NCBI GenBank assembly: GCA_963705305.1
Contig: OY970067.1
Location: 2,432,001 to 2,496,000 of the forward strand
From: an uncultured Methylomirabilota bacterium
GTDB taxonomy: Bacteria > Methylomirabilota > Methylomirabilia > Methylomirabilales > 2-02-FULL-66-22
Direction: 5' to 3'
Length of the DNA stretch: 64,000 nt
A program made the position numbers and the translations under genes. Below are positions 31,248 to 42,731 of the stretch, piece after piece; positions within the stretch are counted from its first letter, which is position 1; each line of letters starts with the position of its first letter. The notes below the pieces were generated by a model. The model had not been told where the DNA came from and searched no databases. It was given only the letters and a program-made list of their open reading frames with translations.

Positions 31248-32390
31248 ATGTTACAACGTCCCGTCGGTCGATTGGCGGAAGTGGCGGGGTTCTTTCTCAG
31301 GCTGGGCCTCATCGCCTTCGGCGGCCCCGCCGCCCATATCGCCCTGATGCACGACGAAACCGTCAAGCGGCGCCGCTGGCTCACCGACCAGGAGTTCCTC
31401 GATCTGGTGGGCGCCACCAATCTCATCCCCGGACCGAATTCCACCGAGATGGCGATCCACATCGGCTTCCGGCGCGCCGGATGGCGGGGGCTGATTCTGG
31501 GCGGCGCCTGCTTCATCCTCCCGGCCGTGCTGATCGTCCTGCTGCTGGCCTGGCTCTACGCGCGGGTCGGCGCGACGCCCCAGGCCGGATGGCTGCTGTA
31601 CGGCGTGAAGCCGGTGGTGATCGCCGTCATTGCGCAAGCCCTTTGGAAGCTGGGGCGCACGGCGGTCAAAGGCGCCCTCACCGGGGGCGCGGCCCTGGCG
31701 GTCCTCGCCCTGTCCTTCCTGGGGGTCAACGCAGTCGCCCTGCTGGTGGCCGGGGGGCTGGCGGTGATGCTGCTGGCGAAGCTCCGGCCCATTCAGCGGC
31801 GGGGGCTGGGGGCCGTGCTGCTTTCGATGGGAGGGGTGGGCGCGCTGTCGCAGGCCGCCGTGGCCTTCAGCCTCCCCGTCCTGTTCCTGACGTTTCTCAA
31901 GATCGGTTCGGTGCTGTACGGAAGCGGCTACGTCCTGCTGGCCTTCCTGCGGGCCGACCTGGTGGTCCGCCTCGGCTGGCTCACCGACCGGCAATTGCTC
32001 GACGCCGTCGCCATCGGGCAGGTGACGCCCGGTCCCGTCTTCACCACGGCCACCTTCATCGGGTACCTTCTGGGCGGTCTCCGCGGCGGGCTCGTGGCCA
32101 CGCTCGGCATTTTCCTGCCCTCTTTCCTGTTCGTCGCCGTCTCCAACCCGCTGATTCCCCGGATTCGCCGCTCGGCGTGGGCGGGGAGCCTCCTGGACGG
32201 CGTGAACGCGGCCTCGCTCGGCCTGATGGCGGCCGTCACGTGGCAGTTGGCCCGGGCGTCGCTCACCGACCCCCTGTCCATCGGGATCGGCCTGTTCTCC
32301 CTGGCGCTGCTGCTTCGGTTCAGGGCGAATTCGACGTGGCTGATCGCGGGCGGGGCCTGTGTCGGGCTGCTCCGGGCGGCCTTCGGCTGA
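31248..32390 (+). CDS. chrA: Chromate efflux transporter
   Basis: AFGGPAAHI, PGPNSTE, QVTPGP; two CHR repeats. Confidence 0.92.
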   Translation: MLQRPVGRLAEVAGFFLRLGLIAFGGPAAHIALMHDETVKRRRWLTDQEFLDLVGATNLIPGPNSTEMAIHIGFRRAGWRGLILGGACFILPAVLIVLLLAWLYARVGATPQAGWLLYGVKPVVIAVIAQALWKLGRTAVKGALTGGAALAVLALSFLGVNAVALLVAGGLAVMLLAKLRPIQRRGLGAVLLSMGGVGALSQAAVAFSLPVLFLTFLKIGSVLYGSGYVLLAFLRADLVVRLGWLTDRQLLDAVAIGQVTPGPVFTTATFIGYLLGGLRGGLVATLGIFLPSFLFVAVSNPLIPRIRRSAWAGSLLDGVNAASLGLMAAVTWQLARASLTDPLSIGIGLFSLALLLRFRANSTWLIAGGACVGLLRAAFG

Positions 32391-32587
32391 CCGCGCCGAC
32401 CGAAATCCAAGGGGACGTTGCATCCGAAATTGCATTGTTCGTCATCCAGAGACACACGGATGATCTGTCCTCCCGTGCCTCCAGGCGAGTCGGCAGATCC
32501 ACCACGACCCGAATTCCCGGGGTGCTGAAGAGAGAAGATTTCGGGAGAAGTCGAGCCACCGGTGGCCGAGGAAAGGGACAGGGGCGC

Positions 32588-33886
32588 TCATACAGCCCGC
32601 GATTGCCGGGGAGACGGCCGGGCAGGCCGAGGGAGGTCGGGCGGCGGATTCGGCCGGCGCGGGGCGACGACCCACAGCAGCGCGGGAGAGATCACGGCCA
32701 TGGCCAGTCCCACCCAGAGGGCGACGGCGTACGTTCCGGTGAGATCGTAAAGCTCTCCGGCGCTCCACGTCCCTGCGGCCAGCCCCAGGCAGAGGACCAG
32801 GTACAGGGTGCCGAAGATGGTGGAGAACCCGGGCCCTCCGAAGAGATCGCTGGCAATCGCCGGCGGCACCGGCGCCATGACCCCGTACCCCAGGCCGATC
32901 AGCATGGCGTACAGATAGAGCCAGGGGAGGGTTTGCCGAGTCCCGGCAATGACCAGCACCCAGATGCTGGCCATCACGCAGCCGAGAGCCAGACCGTAGG
33001 CCAGCTCTCGACCCGCCCGGTCCGAAAGGGCGCCCCAGCCGATCTTGGCCCCGATGCTGACCAACCCCACGGCGCCGCCCACGGTTGCGGCGGTGATGGC
33101 GAGCACGCCGTGATCCACGAGGTAGGCGACCTGGTGGATCATGAGCATCTGCGTGACGAAGTTGCCGGTGAAGTAGACAACGGCGAGCCCCCAGAATCGC
33201 CAGCTCGTCGCGGCGGTGGCGAGGGTCCAGTAGGACGCGGCCTTCGGCATTGCCGGCCCTCCGGCGCCGAGTCCCGCCGCGTCGTCCTCCGTCGGCGGGG
33301 GGTCGCGGACGAAGGCCACGGCGGCCGGCAGGATCCATGCCGACACCAGGAGGCCGAAGACGCGGTAGGCCCAGCGCCAGCCGACGGTGTCGATGAGGAA
33401 CTGCGCCAGGGGGACCAGACCGAAGATCCCGACCCCGATGCCGGCCGAGGCGAGTCCCATCATGGTGCCGACCCGCCGTGGGAACCATCCGCGGACGAGG
33501 ACCACCAGGGGAATCCAGCCCGTGAGGCTGATCCCCGTTGCCGTGATCCCGCTGAAGGCGATGTAGAGCTGCCACCACTGCCGGGTCTCGGCGGTCAGGA
33601 ACAGACCCAGGCCCATCACGCAGCCGCCGACCATGATCAGCCGCCGGGGGCCGAAGCGGCGCAGCAATTCGCCCACGACCGGTCCCAGCAGCCCGTGGAC
33701 CAGCACGAAGACCGCGAAGGCGCCGGCGACCAGGGAGCGGCTCCAGTGAAACTCGCGAAGCAGGGCGACCAGGAAGACCGAGTAGGAATACCACGCCCCA
33801 TAGATGACCACCAGGGTCACGAAGGTGGTGGCGACGATGATCCGACCGCGGCCTGAAACAGGATCCGACTTCGGCTCGGTCAACAC
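32588..33886 (-). CDS. MFS transporter (OFA/MCT-like); start approximate
   Basis: About 12 hydrophobic segments; GELLRRFGPR and GALSDRAGRE loop motifs. Confidence 0.88.
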   Translation of the reverse strand: MLTEPKSDPVSGRGRIIVATTFVTLVVIYGAWYSYSVFLVALLREFHWSRSLVAGAFAVFVLVHGLLGPVVGELLRRFGPRRLIMVGGCVMGLGLFLTAETRQWWQLYIAFSGITATGISLTGWIPLVVLVRGWFPRRVGTMMGLASAGIGVGIFGLVPLAQFLIDTVGWRWAYRVFGLLVSAWILPAAVAFVRDPPPTEDDAAGLGAGGPAMPKAASYWTLATAATSWRFWGLAVVYFTGNFVTQMLMIHQVAYLVDHGVLAITAATVGGAVGLVSIGAKIGWGALSDRAGRELAYGLALGCVMASIWVLVIAGTRQTLPWLYLYAMLIGLGYGVMAPVPPAIASDLFGGPGFSTIFGTLYLVLCLGLAAGTWSAGELYDLTGTYAVALWVGLAMAVISPALLWVVAPRRPNPPPDLPRPARPSPRQSRAV

Positions 33887-34123
33887 GGGGTCCAGGGTCC
33901 TCCGGGGGATTGCAGGAACGAACCGCAAAATGATGACCCAAAGTCGCGGGAAAGTCGAGCGGAGGCTCGGCTTTGGCTGCTCGATGGGACGCGGCCGTCT
34001 CCGCTGCCGCCGCCTCGCCTTGCCGGCCGGACGGGGCGGGACATCGCCCGGCCGGCGAGACGCCGGGGGTGCGCCGGGGCCGCCGGGCCGGCTCGCGACG
34101 TGCGATCCGAAAGGACACCGCCG

Positions 34124-34681
34124 ATGAAAATGGGATCCTGGGCAGACGACATCAAGACCGTCCAGAAGAGCGCCGAGCATGTGACCGACGCATTGGCCGA
34201 GCTCGATGGCTGGCTGACGGGCACAGGCGGGAGCCGCGAGGGACAGCCGGCACCGCTCCCCGAGCGGGTGCAGGCCTTCCTCGAGTTGCTGCGGGCAGAG
34301 ATGTCCCGGATCGGCCAGGCGGGGGTGGGGCTCTTCAAGCGCCTCTCGACGGAACCGGTCGCAAAGCTCCTCGGGGGCTCGCCCCTCACGCGGGAGGAGT
34401 TTCACCTCTTGCAGGCCATGGGAATCCCTCTGGCCGCCGCCAGGTCGCTCGGCCTGGCGCCGCTGGACGACTTCGAGGTGCTCGGCTTGCTTCGGTACGA
34501 GGAGGGCGCGCGCCGCGCCTACATCAATCCCGGGTTGTCCAACGCCAAGACGGCAGCCCGGGGGGAGCTGCGCTACGGCATCGCCCCGGAGGACGTGCGA
34601 CTGGCCGACCTCCGGCCGGAGCAGCGCGCGTTTTTCGAGACGCACTGCCCCGGGCTCCTGGCTCGCTTCCGGCGCGAGTGA
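34124..34681 (+). CDS. Hypothetical protein
   Basis: AAGGA RBS, GC3-rich ORF of 185 aa, no recognised motif. Confidence 0.65.
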   Translation: MKMGSWADDIKTVQKSAEHVTDALAELDGWLTGTGGSREGQPAPLPERVQAFLELLRAEMSRIGQAGVGLFKRLSTEPVAKLLGGSPLTREEFHLLQAMGIPLAAARSLGLAPLDDFEVLGLLRYEEGARRAYINPGLSNAKTAARGELRYGIAPEDVRLADLRPEQRAFFETHCPGLLARFRRE

Positions 34682-34814
34682 GGGTCACACCCGTCCTGAA
34701 GCGGGACCCGACGCCAGGAACGTGCCCGCTCCAGTGCCCGAAATCCCTCGCTTTTTCCCGCTGGGCCGGATTAGAATACAAGATAAACTGCTTCCGCCAT
34801 GCAGGGAGGTATGG

Positions 34815-36767
34815 GTGACCCGAGTGTTTAAGTGGGTCGGCATCTCGATCGGCGGGCTGCTCTTACTGCTGCTCCTGGCTGCCCTCATCCTGCCGTCCGT
34901 GCTGAACGTGGATCGCTACCGAAATCTCTTGGCGAACCGGGCCGGGAAGGCGCTCGGACGAGAGGTGACGCTGGGCGCACTCCGGGTGAGCCTCTGGCAC
35001 GGCCTCGGTGTGGAGGCCAAAGGGATCACGATCGCCCCGGCGACCGGCTTCGGGCCACAGCCCTTCCTGACGGCGGATGCCCTGCGGATCCAGATTCATG
35101 TGCTGCCGCTTTTCCGGGGGCAGGTCCAGGTCAGCAGCGCCGCCCTAGAGCGCCCCCGCATCCATCTCACCCGGACGCCGGACGGCCGCTGGAGCGTGGA
35201 CGATCTCTTCAAGGGCCGGCCGGCCCCTGTGGCCGGCAAGCTTGCCCCCGAGGGACCGCGCCCCAGCCGGCCGGCCATGGTCGCCGGCCTCTTGCTCTCT
35301 CGAGTGACGGTCAGGAACGGAGAGGTCACGCTTCTGGATCAAACCCAAACCGCGGACATCCCGATCACCCTGACCGACGTCGTGCTCCGCATCGAGCAAC
35401 CGGCGCTTGCCGAGCCGCTGAGCGTCTGGCTGCGGGGACAGATCAGCACACCCGGGTCGGGCTCGATCGAGGCCGCGGCGAAAGTCGCCCCCGGCGACGC
35501 GCAAGGTCCTATGGTAGACGGGACAGTGACGTTCCGTGACGTGGAGGCCTCTCCCTGGCAGAAGGCGCTGGTCGGCCCGGTAAGCGGGGTCCGGGTTTCT
35601 GGGCCGCTCTCCGGTGACCTCACCTTACGCGGACCCCTTGCCCGCTCGTCTTTCAGCGGCGGTCTGGATCTGAAATCGGTCGCCATACAGGCGGGCGGCA
35701 CGTTCCGCAAGCCGGCCGGGGAGAATGCCAGCCTGAACATGCAGGGGCGGCGCGAGGACCCTGGGGTCGTGCTGACAAAATTGGCGCTGGTCGTGAAAGG
35801 AATGAAGCTGGAGGGCAGTGCCCGCATTCCCGACCTGCGCGCTCCCCAGGTGAGTTTTACGATGACATCGCCCAAGCTTGACCTGGACCGGCTCCTGGCG
35901 ACGCCGGAGTCCAAGCAGGCCTGGTGGGAGCCGGCCTCCGCCTGGGCCGCCGCGAGTCCGGCGAGCTCCAGGGGCGGCGGAGCGGATTCGGGGCTCTCGG
36001 CCCAAGGGCAGGTCAGCGTCGGCGAGCTCCGGTTCCACGGCCTGAATTGGACGGGGGTACGGGCTGATGTCAAATACCAGAACGGATCAGTCCGTCTGTC
36101 GAGCATGCAGGCCGAGTTCATGAACGGCAGGCTCACTGCCTCGGGCGAGGTGGACCTGCTTCCCAAGAGCCCGCGAGTCACCATGACCTCGCATCTGGAG
36201 CGGGTGGCCACGGAACCGCTGGTGAAGGCGCTGAAGCTCGGCTCCTGGAGCCTGAGAAGCGGGTTGGATGCCGAGGCCGACCTGACGTTTGCCGGTTTCT
36301 CGCGCCGGGACATCCTGGAATCGGCGGTGGGGAAGGGCTCGATCCATCTCACCGAGGGGCGCCTCAGCAATTACCGGCCGCTGGAGCGGCTGTCGGAGGT
36401 GGCGGGACCGATCCTGGCGAGCCAGGGGGTCCATGTCCGGCTCGACGAGTTTCAAAGCGTAGCCGGACACTACACCCTGGACAATGGGGTGCTTCGCACC
36501 CAGGACCTCACCCTCACCAAGCCCGAGGGGACCGTGACGGTCGCGGGATCGCTGAACCTCCTCGACTCCGGCCTGAACTTCGATGTGGTGGCGAAGCTGG
36601 GGCGCACGACCATCGAGGCCAAGGTCACCGGGACAACGAGCAAGCCGATCGTGCTCCCCAAGTTGGGACGGCTCCAGCAAAACATCGACAAAGAGCTGCA
36701 AAAGCTCGTCCCCGGGGATCGCGGCAAGGCGTTGAAAGACCTCTTCCGCGGCCTCTTCGGCAAATAG
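34815..36767 (+). CDS. AsmA-family protein
   Basis: N-terminal TM anchor, LGREVTLG..VSLW, LPLFRGQV, repeated beta-taco-like segments. Confidence 0.85.
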   Translation: MTRVFKWVGISIGGLLLLLLLAALILPSVLNVDRYRNLLANRAGKALGREVTLGALRVSLWHGLGVEAKGITIAPATGFGPQPFLTADALRIQIHVLPLFRGQVQVSSAALERPRIHLTRTPDGRWSVDDLFKGRPAPVAGKLAPEGPRPSRPAMVAGLLLSRVTVRNGEVTLLDQTQTADIPITLTDVVLRIEQPALAEPLSVWLRGQISTPGSGSIEAAAKVAPGDAQGPMVDGTVTFRDVEASPWQKALVGPVSGVRVSGPLSGDLTLRGPLARSSFSGGLDLKSVAIQAGGTFRKPAGENASLNMQGRREDPGVVLTKLALVVKGMKLEGSARIPDLRAPQVSFTMTSPKLDLDRLLATPESKQAWWEPASAWAAASPASSRGGGADSGLSAQGQVSVGELRFHGLNWTGVRADVKYQNGSVRLSSMQAEFMNGRLTASGEVDLLPKSPRVTMTSHLERVATEPLVKALKLGSWSLRSGLDAEADLTFAGFSRRDILESAVGKGSIHLTEGRLSNYRPLERLSEVAGPILASQGVHVRLDEFQSVAGHYTLDNGVLRTQDLTLTKPEGTVTVAGSLNLLDSGLNFDVVAKLGRTTIEAKVTGTTSKPIVLPKLGRLQQNIDKELQKLVPGDRGKALKDLFRGLFGK

Positions 36768-36780
36768 GCCGTTTCCCCCC

Positions 36781-37023
36781 ATGAACCTGGCCCTGCTCAC
36801 CCCGTACGCCCTGGTGGTGTTTCACGAGACCATCCGGGAGGTGGTCCGGCGCGAGATGCCTGGCGCCGACCCGCGCGTCCGGGTGATCGCACAGTCGGTG
36901 GCCTGCACGGGGACGCCCGGGGAGCGGGGCCGCCGAAAGGTGGCGGCGGAGATTTCTCCGGAGAAAGAGATCGAAGGGCATCGCGCCCTCTACCGGTCGC
37001 TCGTCGGGATTCGGGAGGCATAA
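36781..37023 (+). pseudogene. Small ORF, possible glycosyltransferase (GT4) C-terminal remnant
   Basis: GERGRRKVAAEISPEKEIEGHRALYRSL resembles the terminal helices of GT-B enzymes; stop abuts the LysR ATG. Confidence 0.35.
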
Positions 37024-37941
37024 ATGGATCTCAAGAGCCTGGAGGTCTTCTGCAGGATTGTCGAGCTGGGGGGGTTCTCCAGGGCGGCGGAGGCGGTCCA
37101 CCTCACCCAGCCGACGGTGAGCGGGCACATCAAGGGCCTCGAGACGGAGGTGGGGATGAGTCTGCTGGATCGCGTCGGCAGGCGGGTCACCCCGACGCGG
37201 GGTGGGGAGATCCTCTACGGCTATGCCCGGCGGATTCTGGTCCTGCGCGATCAGGCCCAGGAGGCCCTCAGCGCCCACAAAGGGGGGTTGAAGGGTCATC
37301 TCGCCGTCGGGGGGAGCAGCATCCCGGGCACCTATGTCCTGCCTGCCTTGGTGGCGGCCTTCAAGCAGGGCCACCCGGATGTGACTTTGGCTCTTGTCGT
37401 CCGGGACTCCCGCGAGATCGTGCGGGGAGTGATCGAGGGGCACTACGAGCTGGGACTGATCGGGGCGCGATTCGAGGAGGCGCGCGTCCGCCATGATCGC
37501 TTCGGCGAGGACGAGCTGGTGCTGGCCGTGTCGGCCTCTCATCCCTGGGCCGGTCGAAGCAGCGTGCGCCTCGGGGAGCTGGCGGGCCAGTCCTTCGTCA
37601 TGCGCGAGCGCGGGTCGGGGACCCGCAAGGTGATGGAAGCGGAGTTGGCCGCGCGCGGCCTCGACCCGAAGACTCTGCGGGTCACCCTGGAAGTCACGGG
37701 CAGCGAGGCGGTCCGTCAAGCTCTGAAAGCCGGGGCGGGGATCGCGGTAATCTCCCGCCTGGCCATCCAGGATGATCTCCGCTCCGGGAGCCTGGCGGCG
37801 GTGCAGATCCGGGGCCTCAGGCTCGTTCGCCCCTTCTACCTGGTTACCCACAAGAGCCGATCCAGGTCCCCCGCGGGCGACGCGTTTCTCGCCTTCCTGC
37901 GGACCGGGAGCCGGGGGACCTCTCTCCCGGAACCGCAATGA
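37024..37941 (+). CDS. LysR-family regulator (CysL-like)
   Basis: FSRAAEAVHLTQPTVSGHIKGLE, SSIPGTYVLP, RERGSGTR. Confidence 0.93.
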   Translation: MDLKSLEVFCRIVELGGFSRAAEAVHLTQPTVSGHIKGLETEVGMSLLDRVGRRVTPTRGGEILYGYARRILVLRDQAQEALSAHKGGLKGHLAVGGSSIPGTYVLPALVAAFKQGHPDVTLALVVRDSREIVRGVIEGHYELGLIGARFEEARVRHDRFGEDELVLAVSASHPWAGRSSVRLGELAGQSFVMRERGSGTRKVMEAELAARGLDPKTLRVTLEVTGSEAVRQALKAGAGIAVISRLAIQDDLRSGSLAAVQIRGLRLVRPFYLVTHKSRSRSPAGDAFLAFLRTGSRGTSLPEPQ

Positions 37942-37978
37942 CCGGACGCGGGGCCTGGCTGCGGCGTGGGCGGTCAAG

Positions 37979-38353
37979 ATGATCGAAGTGCTGGCAAGCG
38001 GCTGGCTGATCGGGATTGCCATCGCCTTGCCGGTGGGGCCGGTGATCACGGAGGTCATCCGGCGCGGCCTGCGGGCGGGGTTCCTCCAGGCGTGGCTGGT
38101 CGGCATCGGGGCATCCCTCTCCCACGGCATCCTGGCCTATCTCACCCTCCTGGGCGTGGTGGCGCTGCTGGATCGACCGGTGTGGCATGCGGTCCTCGGG
38201 TCGGCAGGCGTCCTGGTTCTGGGTTACCTTGGCGTGGATGCCTTCCGCGCCAGCACGGCGTTGCCCGCAACAGATGGCGAGGCCCCCCCGGCACGTTTCC
38301 GGATACCGCTTGCATGCGGCGCCAGCCTCGGGTATGAATCCAGGTCGGAATAA
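37979..38353 (+). pseudogene. Truncated LysE/RhtB-family translocator
   Basis: IGIAIALPVGPVITEVIRRGL..GF N-terminus; ends at 124 aa before the C-terminal TM half. Confidence 0.65.
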
Positions 38354-38374
38354 CCCTCGAAGAGGAGAAGCTCG

Positions 38375-39771
<1,397 letters not shown>

Positions 39772-39775
<4 letters not shown>

Positions 39776-39969
39776 CCCTGATCCGAAAGAACTGTTGAAC
39801 CGCCATGACGCCAAGGCTTTCCAACTCAGGGATCGCGGCGGCCTTCATTCAAGGAATGGGAACGCCTCATCAGGGGATGTGACGCGGCCCAGTCCTTTTG
39901 GCATTTTGCCCATGCCAGTCGTGCCTTTCTTGGCGCCTTGGCGGTGAGGTATTTTCGGAATGAGGCTAG
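39772..39969. repeat. MITE-like element, copy 2 (198 bp)
   Basis: CTAG at both ends; left CTAGCCCTGATCCGAAAG..ACCGCCATGACGCCAAG versus reverse complement of right end CTAGCCTCATTCCGAAAA..ACCGCCAAGGCGCCAAG. Confidence 0.75.
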
Positions 39970-41273
39970 ATCACGGTGCCGTGGGGAATGACTTGGCCTT
40001 TGGGGATGATGACGATGCCGTCGCGGACGTAGTAGAGGGGGTGGTCGGCCGAGTCGGGCTTGCCGTCGGCGGTGATGACGCAGTGGTCGCCGATGCGAAC
40101 GTTCTTGTCGATGATGGCGTGATCCACCCGGGTGTGCTTGCCGATCCCCATGCGGGGCAGGCCCTCCCGGACGCAGCGGGCGAGAGACTCCTGCGACTCG
40201 AACTCGTCGGCGCCGAGGATCACGCTGCGGGTGATGTGGCTGCCCTCGTCCACCAGGGACCGGACACCCACCACGCTCTGCGCGATCTGGCAATGGTTGA
40301 CGATGCAGCCTTCGGCGATGATGGCGTGGTCGATGGTCGCCCCGTTGATCTTCGAGGCGGGCAGGAAGCGGGGACGGGTGTAGATGGGGGCCCGCATGTC
40401 GAAGAAGTTGAAGCGGGGCAGCTCCGCGACCAGGTCCAGATGGGCCTCGAAGTAGGAGCGGATGCTCCCGATATCCTCCCAGTACCCCCGGAAGACGTAG
40501 GAGAAGACCCGGTGACTCTGGATGGCCTGGGGGATGACGTGGCGCCCGAAATCAGCCAGGCTGTTGTCGAGGAGGTCGAAGAGCGTGTGGCGATTGAAGA
40601 GGTAGATGCCCATGGAGGCCAGGAGCAGCTCCCGATCCTCCGGGAGGTCGAGCTGCCGCCGGGTGGCCGGATCGGGCCGGAGGTCGTCCAGCAGCTCCGC
40701 CGTCCTGGGCTTCTCTACGTAGTTGACGATGCGGCTCTCGGCGTCCACCTGGAGGATGCCAAAGGCGCCGGCCGCCTCACGGGTCACCGGGACGGTGGCC
40801 AGGGTGAAGTCGGCCCCGATCTCCATGTGCTGCTGGAGGATCAGCCGGAAGTCCATCCGATAGAGCTGGTCGCCGCTCAGGATCAGGGCGTAATCGAAGT
40901 CGGCGTTCCGGAGGTGTCCGATGTTCCTCCGCACGGCATCGGCGGTTCCCTGGTACCATGTCGATTCGGTGAGGGTCTGCTCCGCCGCCAGGATCTCCAC
41001 GAACCCGCCGCTGAACTGGTCGAATGTGAAGGAGCCGTACACGTGCCGGTGGAGGGAGGCGGACAGGAACTGGGTGAGCAGATAGATCCGCCGCATCCCG
41101 GAGTTGATGCTGTTGGAGATGGGGATGTCCACCAGGCGATACTTGCCGGCCAGCGGGACGGCCGGCTTGGCGCGCTCCCGGGTGAGAGGGAACAGGCGCT
41201 TGCCCTGGCCGCCCCCCATGATGATGGTGATGACGCGGCTCGGATCCGGCAGGCGCGACGGGCCGGCAGGCAT
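39966..41273 (-). CDS. glgC: Glucose-1-phosphate adenylyltransferase
   Basis: GGGQGKRLFPLT..RAKPAVP, WYQGTADAV, LSGDQLY, ASMGIY, YWEDIG. Confidence 0.96.
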   Translation of the reverse strand: MPAGPSRLPDPSRVITIIMGGGQGKRLFPLTRERAKPAVPLAGKYRLVDIPISNSINSGMRRIYLLTQFLSASLHRHVYGSFTFDQFSGGFVEILAAEQTLTESTWYQGTADAVRRNIGHLRNADFDYALILSGDQLYRMDFRLILQQHMEIGADFTLATVPVTREAAGAFGILQVDAESRIVNYVEKPRTAELLDDLRPDPATRRQLDLPEDRELLLASMGIYLFNRHTLFDLLDNSLADFGRHVIPQAIQSHRVFSYVFRGYWEDIGSIRSYFEAHLDLVAELPRFNFFDMRAPIYTRPRFLPASKINGATIDHAIIAEGCIVNHCQIAQSVVGVRSLVDEGSHITRSVILGADEFESQESLARCVREGLPRMGIGKHTRVDHAIIDKNVRIGDHCVITADGKPDSADHPLYYVRDGIVIIPKGQVIPHGTVI

Positions 41274-41284
41274 GGAGACTCTCC

Positions 41285-42463
41285 TCAGCGCCCGGAGGTT
41301 GCCAAGAAACGAGCCAGCCGGTTCATGGCCTCCTCCAGAATGGCGCGCTCGGACGCGTAACAGATGCGGACCGACCCCTCGCCCCCCTGCCCGAAGGCCA
41401 CGCCGGGGGCGATCCCCAGCCCGGTCTCGTGCAGGAGGCGCCAGCAGAAGGCAAAGGAGTCCTGGAGCCCTTCGATCCGCGGGAAGAGATAGAAGGCCCC
41501 GTCGGGCTCGGGGACGGTGAGGCCCGGCATCCCCCGGAGGGCGTCCAGGCAGAAATCCCGGTTGGCCTTGAGCCGCGCCAGCATCCCGCGCAATTCCTCC
41601 TCGCCGTTGGCCAGGGCGCATTGCGCGGCCCGCTGGATGAAGCTGGTGGCGTGGGAGACGATGAACTCATTGAGCTGCGCCGCGCGCTCGGCCACGTCCC
41701 GGCGAGCCACCAGCCAGCCGATGCGCCAGCCGGTCATGCAGTAGCTCTTGGAGAAAGATTGCGTCACCAGCACCGCGTCACCGCGGCAGGCCTTGCGAAG
41801 GATGGAAGGGGCGGCCGTGCCCAGCTCGCCGGTGCGGTAGTAGAGCCGGTCGTATACCTCGTCGGCCAGCAGCCACAGGTCGTGCCGCCGCGCGAAGTCG
41901 AGGAGGGCTTCCTCCTCCGTCTCCGTGGCGACCCAGCCGAGGGGATTGGAGGGAGAGGTGTACAGCAAGAGGCGCGTGCGCGGCGTGACCGCGCTCTCGA
42001 GGGCCTCGAAGTCCACCGCGTACCGCCCTCCGGCCAGGACCAGGGGAATCTCCACCGGGACCGCATTGTCCATCTGGACGATGGCGGCGCCGTTGGGCCA
42101 GGCGGGGGTGAGGACCAGCGCCTCGTCGCCGGGGTTCAGCACGCAGCGGATGGTCACGTTCAACGCCTGCACGCCGGAGGCGGTGACGACGATCTCGGAC
42201 CCCGGATCAAGTTCCACGCCCTGGGTACGCGTGTAGTAGGCGGCCAGCTCCTGCCGCAGGGACGGCAGGCCCGCGTTCTCCGAATAGTAGGTGTACCCCT
42301 CTTCCAGGGCCTTGATGGCGGCCCGCTTGATATATTCGGGCGTGGGGAGGTTGGATTCGCCGAAGTAGAGCTTCAGCACGCCATCCATCCGCATGGCGGC
42401 TTCCGCCAGCTCGCGGATGCGGGAGTACGGGATCTGGGTTGCCGAGGACGCGACGGTAGGCAT
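41285..42463 (-). CDS. PLP-dependent aminotransferase class I/II
   Basis: SPSNPLG, ADEVY, SFSKSYCMTGWRIG, GAFY. Confidence 0.93.
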   Translation of the reverse strand: MPTVASSATQIPYSRIRELAEAAMRMDGVLKLYFGESNLPTPEYIKRAAIKALEEGYTYYSENAGLPSLRQELAAYYTRTQGVELDPGSEIVVTASGVQALNVTIRCVLNPGDEALVLTPAWPNGAAIVQMDNAVPVEIPLVLAGGRYAVDFEALESAVTPRTRLLLYTSPSNPLGWVATETEEEALLDFARRHDLWLLADEVYDRLYYRTGELGTAAPSILRKACRGDAVLVTQSFSKSYCMTGWRIGWLVARRDVAERAAQLNEFIVSHATSFIQRAAQCALANGEEELRGMLARLKANRDFCLDALRGMPGLTVPEPDGAFYLFPRIEGLQDSFAFCWRLLHETGLGIAPGVAFGQGGEGSVRICYASERAILEEAMNRLARFLATSGR

Positions 42464-42731
42464 GATCGCTTGCAGACCCCCTTGTGTCGGAGACTTCGGG
42501 CACGGGGCGCCACGCCCCGCAGACACGGCCGACTTGCATTGTATCCGATGACCCCTGCCAGGTCACGCAAAGTCGCCAAACACGCCAAGTGGGAACGGAG
42601 AACCGGGGAACCGGAGAGACGCTCGGGCGCGGGGGAGCTGGGGCGCTGGGGAGCAGGGGGGAGGGGGTGACACGGAGAGACGGAGAGACAGACGGGAAGA
42701 TTCGAAAAGAACCCGGCGAGGGATGAAAGGG

